Positions 1 through 10,198 of a DNA stretch of 64,000 nt are shown piece by piece. The position numbers were made by a program, and so were the translations under genes. This DNA comes from an uncultured delta proteobacterium (GTDB lineage Bacteria; Myxococcota; UBA727; VGSZ01): NCBI GenBank assembly GCA_963775425.1, contig CAVZJB010000003.1:384001-448000 (forward strand). Reading direction: 5' to 3'. How positions within the stretch are numbered: the first letter of the stretch is position 1; each line of letters opens with the position of its first letter. The notes beneath the pieces were generated by a model. It did no database searches, had not been told where the DNA came from, and was given only the letters and a program-made list of their open reading frames with translations.

Positions 1-4
1 CCCC

Positions 5-1318
5 ATGCCCCCTACGTCCCGCACCCGCGCCACGCGCGCGGCCGTCATCGACCTCGACGCTGCGTCGCTCCTCGCGGACGCGCACACCAAGAACGCCGCG
101 AGCGCGGCGGCTCCAACCGTCGACGACGTCGACGTCGCCGCGCCCCGCGCGCGGCCGGCGATCGTGCGCGCGCGCGCGCCGGCGTCGCGGCCGGACAAGG
201 CGTCGTTGCCGAAGCCCGCGAAGGCGCGCCGCGATCCCGGGCGCGACGAGCTCCTGTCCGACTACCTCTCGTCGCTCGGGGGCATCCCCTTGCTGACGCC
301 CGAGGGCGAGAAGGATCTCGCCGCCCGCTTCCGCGATGCCGAGGTCCGCTGTTGGCGGCGGCTCCTCGGCGTCGCGGACGTGCGGACCTCGCTGGCCGCG
401 CACCCGGCGCTGCACGACGCCACCGAGCCCGTGCGCGCCGCGCTCGACCGCGGCGACGCCCTCGACGACGTCGCCGACGCGATGCGTGAGCTCGACGACG
501 ATCGCGTCCTCATCGACGACGTCATCGCGTCGCTGGCGCGCGCGAGCAGCCGCCACGCCGGCGTGGTCCTCGGCGAGGTGCGCACGCTGCGTCGGCGCGC
601 GCTCGAGCTGCGCAACCGCTTCGTGCGCGCCAACCTGCGCCTCGTGGTGAGCGTTGCGCGGCGCTTCCATCACTACCGGCTGCCGCTCATCGATCTCATC
701 CAGGAGGGGAACCTCGGGCTCATCAAGAGCGTGCATCGCTTCGATCACCGAAAGGGCTTCCGCTTCTCCACCTATGCGCACTGGTGGATCCGCCAGGCCA
801 TCGAGCGCGCCATCATGAACAAGGGCGCGCAGGTGCGCTTGCCCGTGCACGTCTTCGACGCGCGCCGCGAGGTCGCCAAGGCCACGCGCGATCTGCACGC
901 GCAGCTCGGCCGCGACCCGAGCACCGCCGAGCTCGCCCAGCAACTGCAGCTCCCCGTCGAGAAGCTCGAGGAGGTGCTGCGCGCGGTGCCGCGGGAGCCG
1001 CAGTCCCTCGAGGATCCGATCGGCGACGACGAGGAGCGAACGCTCGGCGAGGTCATCTGCGATCGTGACGCGCTCTTGCCGGACGAGCACGTCATCCAGG
1101 TCGACGAAGAGGGCTGGGTGCGCCGGGTGCTCACGCGCTTGTCGCCCATGGAGGTCGACATCATCCGGCGCCGCTACGGCCTGGACACCGACGAGGACGA
1201 GACCCTCGAGGAGATCGGCCGGAGCTACAACCTGAGCCGCGAGCGCGTGCGGCAGATCCAGGTGCAGGGTCTGAAGAAGATCCAGAAGTATGTCGAGGTC
1301 CGCCTGAGCGCCGGCTGA
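5..1318 (+). CDS. RNA polymerase sigma70-family factor (RpoD-like, probably an alternative group 2-type sigma)
   Basis: Region 1.2 (DYLSSLGGIPLLTPEGE), region 2 (ANLRLVVSVA, DLIQEGNLGL, RFSTYAHWWIRQAI) and region 4 HTH (TLEEIGRSYNLSRERVRQIQ). Confidence 0.95.
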   Translation: MPPTSRTRATRAAVIDLDAASLLADAHTKNAASAAAPTVDDVDVAAPRARPAIVRARAPASRPDKASLPKPAKARRDPGRDELLSDYLSSLGGIPLLTPEGEKDLAARFRDAEVRCWRRLLGVADVRTSLAAHPALHDATEPVRAALDRGDALDDVADAMRELDDDRVLIDDVIASLARASSRHAGVVLGEVRTLRRRALELRNRFVRANLRLVVSVARRFHHYRLPLIDLIQEGNLGLIKSVHRFDHRKGFRFSTYAHWWIRQAIERAIMNKGAQVRLPVHVFDARREVAKATRDLHAQLGRDPSTAELAQQLQLPVEKLEEVLRAVPREPQSLEDPIGDDEERTLGEVICDRDALLPDEHVIQVDEEGWVRRVLTRLSPMEVDIIRRRYGLDTDEDETLEEIGRSYNLSRERVRQIQVQGLKKIQKYVEVRLSAG

Positions 1319-1421
1319 GCGTCACGCGGCGGCGCCGGGAGCGGATCTGCGCGGCTGCTACGGGCGTTCGACGGATGCCCGCTGCCGCCGCGCGCTCGCC
1401 TCGCTGGGTTATCGTGGCCGC

Positions 1422-2755
1422 GTGCGGCATCGCTCCGTTGTCCTCGTCGTAGCTGCGGCGCTCGCCGGCGTCGCCGCCGGGAGCTGCGTGCTCGGCGTGG
1501 GCATCGGCGGCAAGCAGTGCGACGACGAGCACACCTGCGTCACCGGCTACTCCTGCGTCAACGCCGTGTGCATCGCCGCCGACGACCTGCGCGACGCGGG
1601 CGTGGGTGGCGGCGCGCGCGACGCCGACGCCGGCGAGGGCGAGCCCGGCGAAGGCGAAGGCGAAGGCGAAGGGGAAGGGGAAGGGGAAGGGGAAGGGGAC
1701 GCCGGCGTCGTCGTCGACGCGGGCCCCCCCTGTGTCCCTGCGCCCGACGGCATCGAGCGCTGCAACGGCGTCGACGACAACTGCACCGGCGGCGTCGACG
1801 AGGGCTGCGGCGGCTGCGTCGACGACGACGGCTTCCCGGGCGCGTTCGTCTCGGTCTGCGCGGGGCCGCTCGGCTTTCAATCGGCGCGCGCCGCGTGCCA
1901 GTTGCGCGGCCTCGACCTCGCCGTGTTGAAGGACGCGCGCTTCTCCGACCGTGTGCGCGACGACGTCGGCGGCGGCAACGCGTGGATCGGCGCCACCGAC
2001 GCCGCGCAGCCGGGGAGTTACAGGTGGGTCGACGGGAGCCCGCTGCGCTTCGAGGACTTCGCGCCGGGAGAGCCCAACGACCTGCAGGAAAACTGCCTCG
2101 CCGTCCGCGACGACGGCCTGTGGCACGACCTCGACTGCGCCGACGAGCTCGGCTTCGTGTGCGCGCGGGCGCCGGCGGACCCGCCGGGGGCATCGTGCGC
2201 CGGCGCCGTCACCGACGCCGACAACGACGGCGTCGACTGCCGCACCGACTGCGACGACGGCGACCCCGACGTTCACCCCGGCCACGTCGAGGTCTGCGGC
2301 GATCGAAAGGACAACGACTGCGACGGCGTCATCGACGAGGCCTGCGCCGCCTGCGGCGACGTCGACGGCGCGCTCTTCTGCCGGCGGCCGGGCACGTGGC
2401 AGCAGGCGCTCGACAAGTGCGAAGACCTCGGTCTGCAGCTCGCCAAGATCGAGGACCCGGCGCTCGAGACCGCGCTGGAGGAGAGGTTGAGAGCCGTCGA
2501 CGCGCGCGACCGTGTCTGGATCGGCCTCAACGACGCCGCCGTCGAGGGCACCTTCGTGTGGGCGGACGGCACCGCGCTCGACCCCGGCTTCGCGCCCTTC
2601 GAGCCCGGCGAGCCCACCGGCGGCACCGACCAGAACTGCGGAAGCATCCGCGATCGCGTTCCCGTCGGCGTCGAGGCGGCCCCGACGGCGACGGCACCTA
2701 CGGCTGGGGCGACGACTTCTGCGACAACGTCCGCGGCAACTACGCCTGCAACTAG
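1422..2755 (+). CDS. Exported/lipoprotein with two C-type lectin domains, MopE-like Cys/Asp repeats and a (GE)8 linker; apparent frameshift near 2680
   Basis: Signal peptide ending in Cys. CTLD motifs AWIGA..W.DG..EPND..ENC..WHDLDC and VWIGLND..W.DG..EP..QNC. Repeats ERCNGVDDNC and EVCGDRKDNDCDGVIDE. The natural end of the second CTLD (YGWGDDFCDNVRGNYACN*) lies in another frame and stops at 2755. Confidence 0.8.
1647..1694 (+). repeat. (Gly-Glu)8 coding repeat, (GGCGAA)4(GGGGAA)4
   Basis: Read directly from the sequence. Confidence 0.95.
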
Positions 2756-2757
2756 CG

Positions 2758-4425
2758 CTACGGTTTCGACCCACGCGCGCCGTTGGCGGCGAGCGCGACG
2801 TCGTGAGACATCAATTCGCGGGGCGCACGGAAGAAGTGCACGGGGCTGTAGCGAAGGAAATTCGAGACCTTCGACGTATACGTGCAGGCGTAGAGCTCGA
2901 CCTGCGCGCCGAAGCGAGACAGCTCGTTGTTGCTCTTCAACAGCCGGCCCCACCAGACGTTGAAGTGCTTGTCGAGCGCGTCCTGGATGTCGTGGGCGTC
3001 CTTGTCGAGCGAGCGCAGGTGACGCTTGGCGACGTCGATCTCCTTGTGGAGCTTCTTCGTCGCCTCCTCGAGGCGCTCCTGCATCTCGTCGTCGATGCCG
3101 TACTCGTCGGGGTGCGCGGCCGCCGCCTCCATCTGCCCGAGGATGGCCCGGTGCTGGGAGATGCGGTCGTCGAGCGAGTGGCGGTCTTCGTCGAGCTCGG
3201 TGAGGTCGTCGATCATGCTGGCGCCGGTGATGGAGCCTTTGATCTCGTCGTCGAGCTCCTCGACCACGAGGCAGGTGCGCCAGCGGCTCTCCTTCCGAGA
3301 CCGCAGGATGTCGCCGAAGATGTGGTCGCCGACGTAGAGCACCTCTTCGCCGCCGGCCTGCGCCATGCGCTCGAACGCCTCGATGTTGCCGGCCTGATAG
3401 ACGTGGCCGCGCTCGAAGCGCTCGCCGGTGACCTCGCCGATGACCTGCTCCTCGCCCTCCACCGGGGCGATCTCGAGGAACGGCTCGCGGTCCGTGAAGA
3501 AGCGAGGCTTCTTGCCGCCGACGACGACCACGTCGAAGTACTGGCGCCAGCTCTGGTACTCCTTGAGCCGCCCGTCGAGCAGGAAGCTCATCACCGCCGC
3601 GGTGTAGGGCCAGTAGCTGTTGGTGAGGATGAACAGCCGCTTCCCCGACGAGCGCAGCTTGTGGAGCGTGAGCGCCAGGCCATCGTCGACGACGAAGTAC
3701 TTGGCCAGGTCGGCCATGATGATGTTCTTGAGCGTGCCGTCCCTGTGGATGTCGTCGATGGCGGTGCGGACGTCGTCGAAGAGCTTCCAGGTGTTGACGT
3801 TGCCGAGGAGCTGCTGCCCGCCGTCGGCCCCCGCGAGCTTTGCCGGCAGCGAGATGGGCGCCGTGGCCTTCCCGTCGCGGTGCCAGGTCTCGTAGAGGTC
3901 CACGAGGTTGGCGTACAGGCACGCCTCGGGCATCGAAAACAGCGTGTCGATGGAGGCGAACGCCGTCGACGACAGCCTGATCTTGGCGTTCTTGTAGTGC
4001 TCGCGGATCTCGTCGGGCAGCAGGCGGCGCCGGCCGTGGAAGACGCGGCCGACGCGCCCGTGGGTGTCCATCTTGATGAGGTGGCCGGTGCGCTTGTCGA
4101 GGATGAGGCCGCGGACGATGAAGGTGGGGTCGTACTTGAGCGTGCGCAGGGCCTCGGGGTAGCCGCCGCGTTGGATGAGCCGCTCGACGGTGAGGTCGTA
4201 CTGAAGCTGCTCCATCGGCTGCTTCTTGTAGATGGCCAGCGTGTAGTCCATGTCGAACCCGACCATCTTGATCTGCGAGAGATCGAGGTCGCGGTTGGTG
4301 TACACCGCCTCCGCCGGCGACAGCGTGAGCTCCCCCTCGGCCGCGATGGCCGCGAGGAGATCTTTGTCGATGGGCGAGAACGCGGGCGGCGGACGCAACA
4401 CGCGTGGAGCGTCGAGCAAGCTCAC
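2758..4425 (-). CDS. HAD-IG family 5'-nucleotidase (cN-II-like)
   Basis: Motifs GFDMDYTLA, LTNS, KKPRFF and YVGDHIFGDI; C-terminal YACTYTSKVSN. GTG start at 4425 overlaps the upstream TAG; the ORF is open to 4443. Confidence 0.93.
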   Translation of the reverse strand: MSLLDAPRVLRPPPAFSPIDKDLLAAIAAEGELTLSPAEAVYTNRDLDLSQIKMVGFDMDYTLAIYKKQPMEQLQYDLTVERLIQRGGYPEALRTLKYDPTFIVRGLILDKRTGHLIKMDTHGRVGRVFHGRRRLLPDEIREHYKNAKIRLSSTAFASIDTLFSMPEACLYANLVDLYETWHRDGKATAPISLPAKLAGADGGQQLLGNVNTWKLFDDVRTAIDDIHRDGTLKNIIMADLAKYFVVDDGLALTLHKLRSSGKRLFILTNSYWPYTAAVMSFLLDGRLKEYQSWRQYFDVVVVGGKKPRFFTDREPFLEIAPVEGEEQVIGEVTGERFERGHVYQAGNIEAFERMAQAGGEEVLYVGDHIFGDILRSRKESRWRTCLVVEELDDEIKGSITGASMIDDLTELDEDRHSLDDRISQHRAILGQMEAAAAHPDEYGIDDEMQERLEEATKKLHKEIDVAKRHLRSLDKDAHDIQDALDKHFNVWWGRLLKSNNELSRFGAQVELYACTYTSKVSNFLRYSPVHFFRAPRELMSHDVALAANGARGSKP

Positions 4426-4778
4426 TACCCCTGCCACCACCACGTGACGACGCTCGGGTTGATGATGAGCGCGAGGAGCGAGCCGGACAGGAGCACGAAG
4501 AACAGGTGCCAGAACATGAACACCAGCGTGCGCGCGGGATCGGTGCCGTGCACGACCTTGATCACCTGGTACCAGGCGGCGACGAACGCCATGAGCGCGA
4601 GCAGGTCACCGAGCGGCCCGAGGAACTGCGCGACCAGGCCGGTGAGCTGCAGCATCCCGAGCGTGAGGAGCCCGATGAGCGCGCCCTTGGCGAAGCCGCC
4701 GTTGAGCCCCATCAGCTTGCTGGCGATGGTGGGCGCGACGAGGAACGAGGCGAGCGAGAGCAGGACGGCGATGATCAT
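4425..4778 (-). CDS. Small integral membrane protein (about 4 TM), function unknown
   Basis: Hydrophobic 117-aa ORF with overlapping start/stop junctions on both sides. Confidence 0.75.
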   Translation of the reverse strand: MIIAVLLSLASFLVAPTIASKLMGLNGGFAKGALIGLLTLGMLQLTGLVAQFLGPLGDLLALMAFVAAWYQVIKVVHGTDPARTLVFMFWHLFFVLLSGSLLALIINPSVVTWWWQG

Positions 4779-5272
4779 GGTTCTGCCTTTCTAACATCTT
4801 CGAGGCCGTCGGGCATTGCGACCGGCGGGAGCGACCACGATGGCGCGCCCTCTTCGGACAGGGGGGTGAGCGCCCGTGTGTGGACGACGCCTTGCGTGGC
4901 AGAGCGGGACAAGACGGCCCAAAAGCGCCCCTGCTTCACCACACAGCGCACGCGACCGTCGTCGTCGATGTACAGCCGCTTGCCCTCGAGGTGCTCGCGG
5001 GTACCGTCGGACAAGACGAGGTCGTCGCCTGCGACGGTCCTGACGATGAAGGGCGCGTCCTCGGCGACGAACGGCAGCGTGTCCCGGCCGGTGGAAACGA
5101 GGAGCTGTCCTGCGTCGTCGCGAACGATGCTTCGATGCAGCAGTCCCTCGAGCCCGGCGTGCTTCACGCGATCACCGTCGTGGTACCAGGCGCCTCGCCG
5201 GCTCAGGAACAGACCCGCGGGCGCGTCCGTGCGCCGGGTCTCGATGCCGTCGTCGTCGAGGAGCGCGTCCAT
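4775..5272 (-). CDS. DUF1285-like protein
   Basis: G.W.H.G..V.H, F..EDAPFIV and LSDGT.E.L patterns typical of DUF1285; ATG at 5272. Confidence 0.7.
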   Translation of the reverse strand: MDALLDDDGIETRRTDAPAGLFLSRRGAWYHDGDRVKHAGLEGLLHRSIVRDDAGQLLVSTGRDTLPFVAEDAPFIVRTVAGDDLVLSDGTREHLEGKRLYIDDDGRVRCVVKQGRFWAVLSRSATQGVVHTRALTPLSEEGAPSWSLPPVAMPDGLEDVRKAEP

Positions 5273-5280
5273 GCGGAACC

Positions 5281-5859
5281 CTAACGATGACGCTGCGCGT
5301 AGGTCCCGCGATCCAGGAACATGGCGTTCACGTCCCAAAAGCGGCCGTCGGCGAAGTGCCAGCCGTAGCGCCCGTCGTCGACGAAACCCAACGACCGATA
5401 GAGCTTGATGGCGGGGCGGTTGAATTCGAACACGCCGAGGCGCACGCGCTCGAGGCGCAGGGTCTCAAAGGCGGTGTCGAGCAGCTCCTCCATGGCCTGT
5501 GCGCCGACGCCCTTGCCGCGCGCGCTCTTTTCACCGAGCTCGATGAAGCACTCGGCCTCGAGCCGCTCGGGCGCGTAGTCCTTGAGACCCACGTTGCCGA
5601 CGTGCACACCGTCGACCTCGATGGCGTAGCTCTTGCGCCCGGGGTCGCGCACCAGGGTCTCGAGGTACGCGTCTGCCTCCTCGGGCGTGTAGGGCAAAAG
5701 CGGTCCGTACTCGGGGCCGGGCACGACGACGGTGAAGCGGATGACGGCGAGATCGGCCATCCAGCGGCGCACGTTGCGCGCGTCGCTCATGCGCAGCGGG
5801 CGCAGCGTCACCGTCGCGCGCCGCCGCTTCTCGGGGATGGTCTGCACCGTCACAAGCAC
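5281..5859 (-). CDS. GNAT N-acetyltransferase (RimJ/RimL type)
   Basis: TLRPL, RGKGVG acetyl-CoA motif, N..AIKLYRSLGF. Confidence 0.9.
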   Translation of the reverse strand: MLVTVQTIPEKRRRATVTLRPLRMSDARNVRRWMADLAVIRFTVVVPGPEYGPLLPYTPEEADAYLETLVRDPGRKSYAIEVDGVHVGNVGLKDYAPERLEAECFIELGEKSARGKGVGAQAMEELLDTAFETLRLERVRLGVFEFNRPAIKLYRSLGFVDDGRYGWHFADGRFWDVNAMFLDRGTYAQRHR

Positions 5860-5985
5860 ATCCTAGCGCCGCCGCGGGATCCAAGCGTCGCTGTTCGATC
5901 AGCGACCGGAGGGAGCGGCGGCGCTTGATCGGCGTGGGGCGCGCGCGGATGGGCGCCGCCGGACACGACGCGAAGCGTCGTGTGC

Positions 5986-6657
<672 letters not shown>

Positions 6658-6736
6658 GCGTGTTCTCCGGTGGTGGGGTCCGACGACGCGAGCCCGCAAG
6701 TGTTCAACGGTGCGCGTGCGCCCGGTCACAGGGTTG

Positions 6737-7714
6737 TCAGGCACCGCGGAACCGGCGCGGGTGACGTCCGCGCGGCGCGGTGTCCTCGGAGGTCGCGTGC
6801 CGCCCGCGCGCCTTGGGCGGGCGCGCCGGCGGCGCGTGCTCATGGGTGCCGCGGCGCCCGCCGGGATCCAGCTCGAGGATCAGGCGGCCCCGGTCGAAGA
6901 TCCGCACCTTGCCCGACGACTGGCTGACGGCGATGGCGATGGCGTCGGTCTGCATGGTGACCGCGGCGGCGGCGACGTGGCGGGCGCCGAAGCCGAGGGG
7001 CATGTCCGCGGGCGCGGTCTCGACGCGGATGTGGCGGCCGGCGGCGAGGACGACGCCGTCCTCGCGCACGACGAAGGCGCCGTCGAGCATGGCGAAGGTG
7101 CGCACCGCCGAGCGCACCTCCTGATCGAAGAGGTTGCGCTCCTGTTCGGAGTAGCCCTGGAACGGGTTGAGCGTGAGCGGCGCCGACTGCTCGAGGACCT
7201 TGGTGGAGTCCCCGACGACGATGAGCGTCCCCACGGGCCGCCCCTCGTAGCCCTCGCGCCCGATGCGCAGCGCGAGCTCGACGAGCACCTCGAGGAGCGG
7301 CGCCGGCAGCCGCGTGTGCAACTGCGCCACCCGCATGCTCGAGTGCTCGAGCGTGACGTCGGCGGTGGTGAGGTGGGTGATCATGTCGAGCACGCCGTCG
7401 TGTCGCAGGACGCCGCAGGCGACGTGTTGCTCGGGCGTGAGCAGGCCGGCGTTCATCGCGGCGACGAGGGCGCTCTTCATGCGGTCCATGCGGGAGCCGC
7501 GGATGTCGGGCACGGCGACGGCGGCGAAGTCGGCCTCGAGCACCTCGGCGTGCACGCGCGCGTTGGTCACGGCGCACACGACCTTGGCGCGCGCGGGCCT
7601 CAGGCGCTTGAGGAGCGACGTCGGCACGTCGCCGACGACGAGGACCTTGTCACACGCGGACGCGCGTCCCGCCTTGACGAGCGCGTCGACAAAGGCGTCC
7701 GCGACGTCAGGCAC
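6737..7714 (-). CDS. Diadenylate cyclase (DisA_N/DAC domain, DacZ-like architecture)
   Basis: IGREGYEGRPVGTLIVVGDS, LNPF, catalytic DGA motif (LDGAFVV), GARH motif and AVSQSSGKVRIF; no TM segments. Confidence 0.88.
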   Translation of the reverse strand: MPDVADAFVDALVKAGRASACDKVLVVGDVPTSLLKRLRPARAKVVCAVTNARVHAEVLEADFAAVAVPDIRGSRMDRMKSALVAAMNAGLLTPEQHVACGVLRHDGVLDMITHLTTADVTLEHSSMRVAQLHTRLPAPLLEVLVELALRIGREGYEGRPVGTLIVVGDSTKVLEQSAPLTLNPFQGYSEQERNLFDQEVRSAVRTFAMLDGAFVVREDGVVLAAGRHIRVETAPADMPLGFGARHVAAAAVTMQTDAIAIAVSQSSGKVRIFDRGRLILELDPGGRRGTHEHAPPARPPKARGRHATSEDTAPRGRHPRRFRGA

Positions 7715-8983
7715 TCACACGATCTCGACGCGGAGCATCTGGTTGCCGACGAGGAGGAAGTCACCGTGGGCGACGTCGGCCTCCTTGCGCACGCGGACGT
7801 AGGTGCCGTTCGAGGATCCGAGGTCCTGCACGACGACGTCGTCCCCCTGCTTGATGAACACGCAGTGGCGACCCGAGATGAAGCCGTCCGATGGGATGAC
7901 GATGTCGCCGACCTCGCGCCCGAGCTGGCAGCGCTCGCCGGACAGCAACCGGATCTCCCCTGTGCGGCCGTCGTCGAGGATCTGGATGATGCGCGCGAAG
8001 GCGCCGGGGTGCGGGGAGCCCCAGATGCGCGAGTCGTCGGCGTCGGGCTTCTTGATCTGGATGGCCGCCGACGTCAGGCGCTCGAAGCGGTAGAGCTGCC
8101 GCCCGACGCGAAGGAGCTCGCCGTCGGCGAGCTTGCGGTCGTCGCGCACGCGCAGATAGATGCCGTTGAGGCTCTCCTGGTCGAGGACCTTGAGCTTGCC
8201 GCCGGCGAAGTTGAACTTGCAGTGGGTGGGGGAGACGAACGGATCGTCGAAGAGCACGACGCCGTTGACGCGCCCGCACAGGGTCTCGCCCGAGCGGAGC
8301 GTGAAGGTCATGCCCTCCCGCCCGGTCTGGTCGATGGTGACGAGCTTGCAGGTCTTGTCCTTGCCCGCGGGCTCCTGCCCGGCGGCGTGCATGAACATGG
8401 TGCGCGCCGCCGCGTGGCCGGGGGCGTCGGGGCCGCCGCCGTCGAGGCGCTTGCCGCAGTTGCCGCAGAAGCGCACGCCGGGGGCGTTGTCGTGGCTGCA
8501 CGCCGGGCAGGTCTCGCCCTTGCCCGCGGCGGCCGCGGGCGGCGCGGGCGCGGGCGCCGGCGCGGGGAGCGGGGCGGCGAGCGGCGCGGCGGACATCGGC
8601 GGGATGGTCACCGGCGGCGGCGGCGCACTCAGCGGCGCCGGCGGCCTCGGCGCGGCGACGGCGGCGGGGGCGGCGAGGGGCGGCGGCGCCACCGGCTTGG
8701 GCGGCGGCGGCGCGGCGACGGGCGCGGGCGGCGGCGGGGCCGCGGCGGCGGGAGGGGCGGGCGGCGGCGCGGCGACGGCGAGGGGCGCGGGCGGCGGCGC
8801 GGCGACGGCGAGGGGCGCGGACGGGGCGGCCACCGGCTTCGGCGGCGGCGGCGCGGGGATCGGCATCGCCGGCAGCGACGCGCTGGTGAACGCCTCGCGG
8901 TACGCCTTGAGGTCGTAGCCGCAGTCCAGACAGAAGTTGAAGTTGTCGGCGTTCTCGCGGCCGCAGTTCGGGCACTTGATCAT
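7715..8983 (-). CDS. Zinc-ribbon plus tandem FHA domain protein
   Basis: Two CxxC..N....FCxxCG ribbons separated by a Pro/Ala linker. Two FHA domains (GR..D.FVS..H..S.NG; GR..D.FIS.RH..DLGSSNGT). ATG at 8983. Confidence 0.9.
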   Translation of the reverse strand: MIKCPNCGRENADNFNFCLDCGYDLKAYREAFTSASLPAMPIPAPPPPKPVAAPSAPLAVAAPPPAPLAVAAPPPAPPAAAAPPPPAPVAAPPPPKPVAPPPLAAPAAVAAPRPPAPLSAPPPPVTIPPMSAAPLAAPLPAPAPAPAPPAAAAGKGETCPACSHDNAPGVRFCGNCGKRLDGGGPDAPGHAAARTMFMHAAGQEPAGKDKTCKLVTIDQTGREGMTFTLRSGETLCGRVNGVVLFDDPFVSPTHCKFNFAGGKLKVLDQESLNGIYLRVRDDRKLADGELLRVGRQLYRFERLTSAAIQIKKPDADDSRIWGSPHPGAFARIIQILDDGRTGEIRLLSGERCQLGREVGDIVIPSDGFISGRHCVFIKQGDDVVVQDLGSSNGTYVRVRKEADVAHGDFLLVGNQMLRVEIV

Positions 8984-9098
8984 GACGCTTTCTCGTGCGG
9001 ATCGAGCCCTTCCGTCAACCCCGCGCTGCGCCCCTGCGGTCGATGTCTCTCGACGTGCCGGCTCGCCGGTCGGCGTGTGTCGTGCGACAATCGCGGTC

Positions 9099-9413
9099 GT
9101 GCTCACGGCCCTCCTCGCCGCCGCCACCGTGGCAGCGTCGCCGCCGTCTCCGCAGCCCCCCACGCAGGCGCCCGTCGAGACCGCGGCGACCGTCGCGGAG
9201 CGCATCGCGCGCGGGGCGACCGGAGGGAGCGGCCGCGCTGACTCGCGCCCTTGCTCGAGCGGTGCCGCGGCGGGGTATTTTGTGGGCGCTCCTCGTGGGA
9301 CACCGCACCGCCCCGCGGCGGGGACGGAGGACCCATCGATTTCGCTCGCCTGCTCCGGCGCCAACCCCCCTCCGCTTCCGCCGAAGCGGTGCGCGACCGG
9401 GAGCGCGCGGTGA
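9099..9413 (+). CDS. Small putative secreted protein
   Basis: GTG start and hydrophobic N-terminus (VLTALLAAATVAA); its TGA overlaps the ATG of the SET gene (TGATG). Confidence 0.4.
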   Translation: MLTALLAAATVAASPPSPQPPTQAPVETAATVAERIARGATGGSGRADSRPCSSGAAAGYFVGAPRGTPHRPAAGTEDPSISLACSGANPPPLPPKRCATGSAR

Positions 9414-9988
9414 TGTGGGAGCGGCTGTTCGCGGAGCGCGAGCTGGTGTGGACCCCGCGCGTGCTCGTGACGCCCGCGGCCGCCGGCGCGGTGGAGGAGG
9501 AGCTTGCGCGCATCGACGCGGGGAAGGCGCACGGCCGGCGCGCGAGCGACCCGTCGCTGTTGAGCACCGAAGGCGACGAGCTGCTCGCCGACGCACGCGA
9601 CGCCCTCCTTCGGGGCGCGCTCCCCGCGGTCGACCTGCGTCCGAGCGCCGTCGGCTTCGGGCTGTTCGCTTTTGAGCCTCTGCCGGCGAGGCAGCTCATC
9701 GGCACCTATGCGGGGCTCCTCACTCCGATCCACGACGTCGCCGAGCAGGGCGCGTACGCGCACGAGGCGTGGCCCGACGCTCCCGTGGCCATCGACGCCG
9801 CCGTGGCCGGAAACCACACGCGATTCCTCAACCACGGCGCGAAGCCCAACATCGCGACCGTGCAGTGCATCATCGCGCGCTCCTGGCACGTCCTGTACGT
9901 CACGTCGCGGGCCATCGCCGCAGATGAGGAGCTGCTCGTCGACTACGGCAAGGAGTATTGGCGCCGGCGAAAACAAAAGACGCTGTGA
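9413..9988 (+). CDS. SET domain protein (lysine methyltransferase)
   Basis: GFGLFA, YAG, GNHTRFLNH..PN and EELLVDYG..YW signature motifs. Confidence 0.93.
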   Translation: MWERLFAERELVWTPRVLVTPAAAGAVEEELARIDAGKAHGRRASDPSLLSTEGDELLADARDALLRGALPAVDLRPSAVGFGLFAFEPLPARQLIGTYAGLLTPIHDVAEQGAYAHEAWPDAPVAIDAAVAGNHTRFLNHGAKPNIATVQCIIARSWHVLYVTSRAIAADEELLVDYGKEYWRRRKQKTL

Positions 9989-10030
9989 ACAGACGCGCTC
10001 GCGGCGCTCTCCGCCGAGTCCGTGGCCCGT

Positions 10031-10070
10031 TCGACACCGCACCCGCTCGCGGCCCGCCTCAGCAGAGCCT
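10031..10070 (+). repeat. 40-bp direct repeat, copy 1
   Basis: TCGACACCGCACCCGCTCGCGGCCCGCCTCAGCAGAGCCT, 38/40 identical to 11474-11513. Confidence 0.9.
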
Positions 10071-10198
10071 CGCCTTCGACGTCGCCTGAGCCCTCGCCGC
10101 CGCGTGGTCCCGGCGAGCCGCGTGCGGTCGCGGCCGGATCGGTTCGACCTGCGCACGAATTCGCATTCGAGAGCGGTCCGATCTGTTCGGCCGAGCGT

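Noticed and set aside
2512-4794. Long antisense and alternate-frame ORFs, here and at e.g. 6344-9241, 36882-39995 and 53338-55962
   Set aside because: They are shadow ORFs expected in high-GC DNA, lie opposite motif-supported genes and have no motifs of their own.
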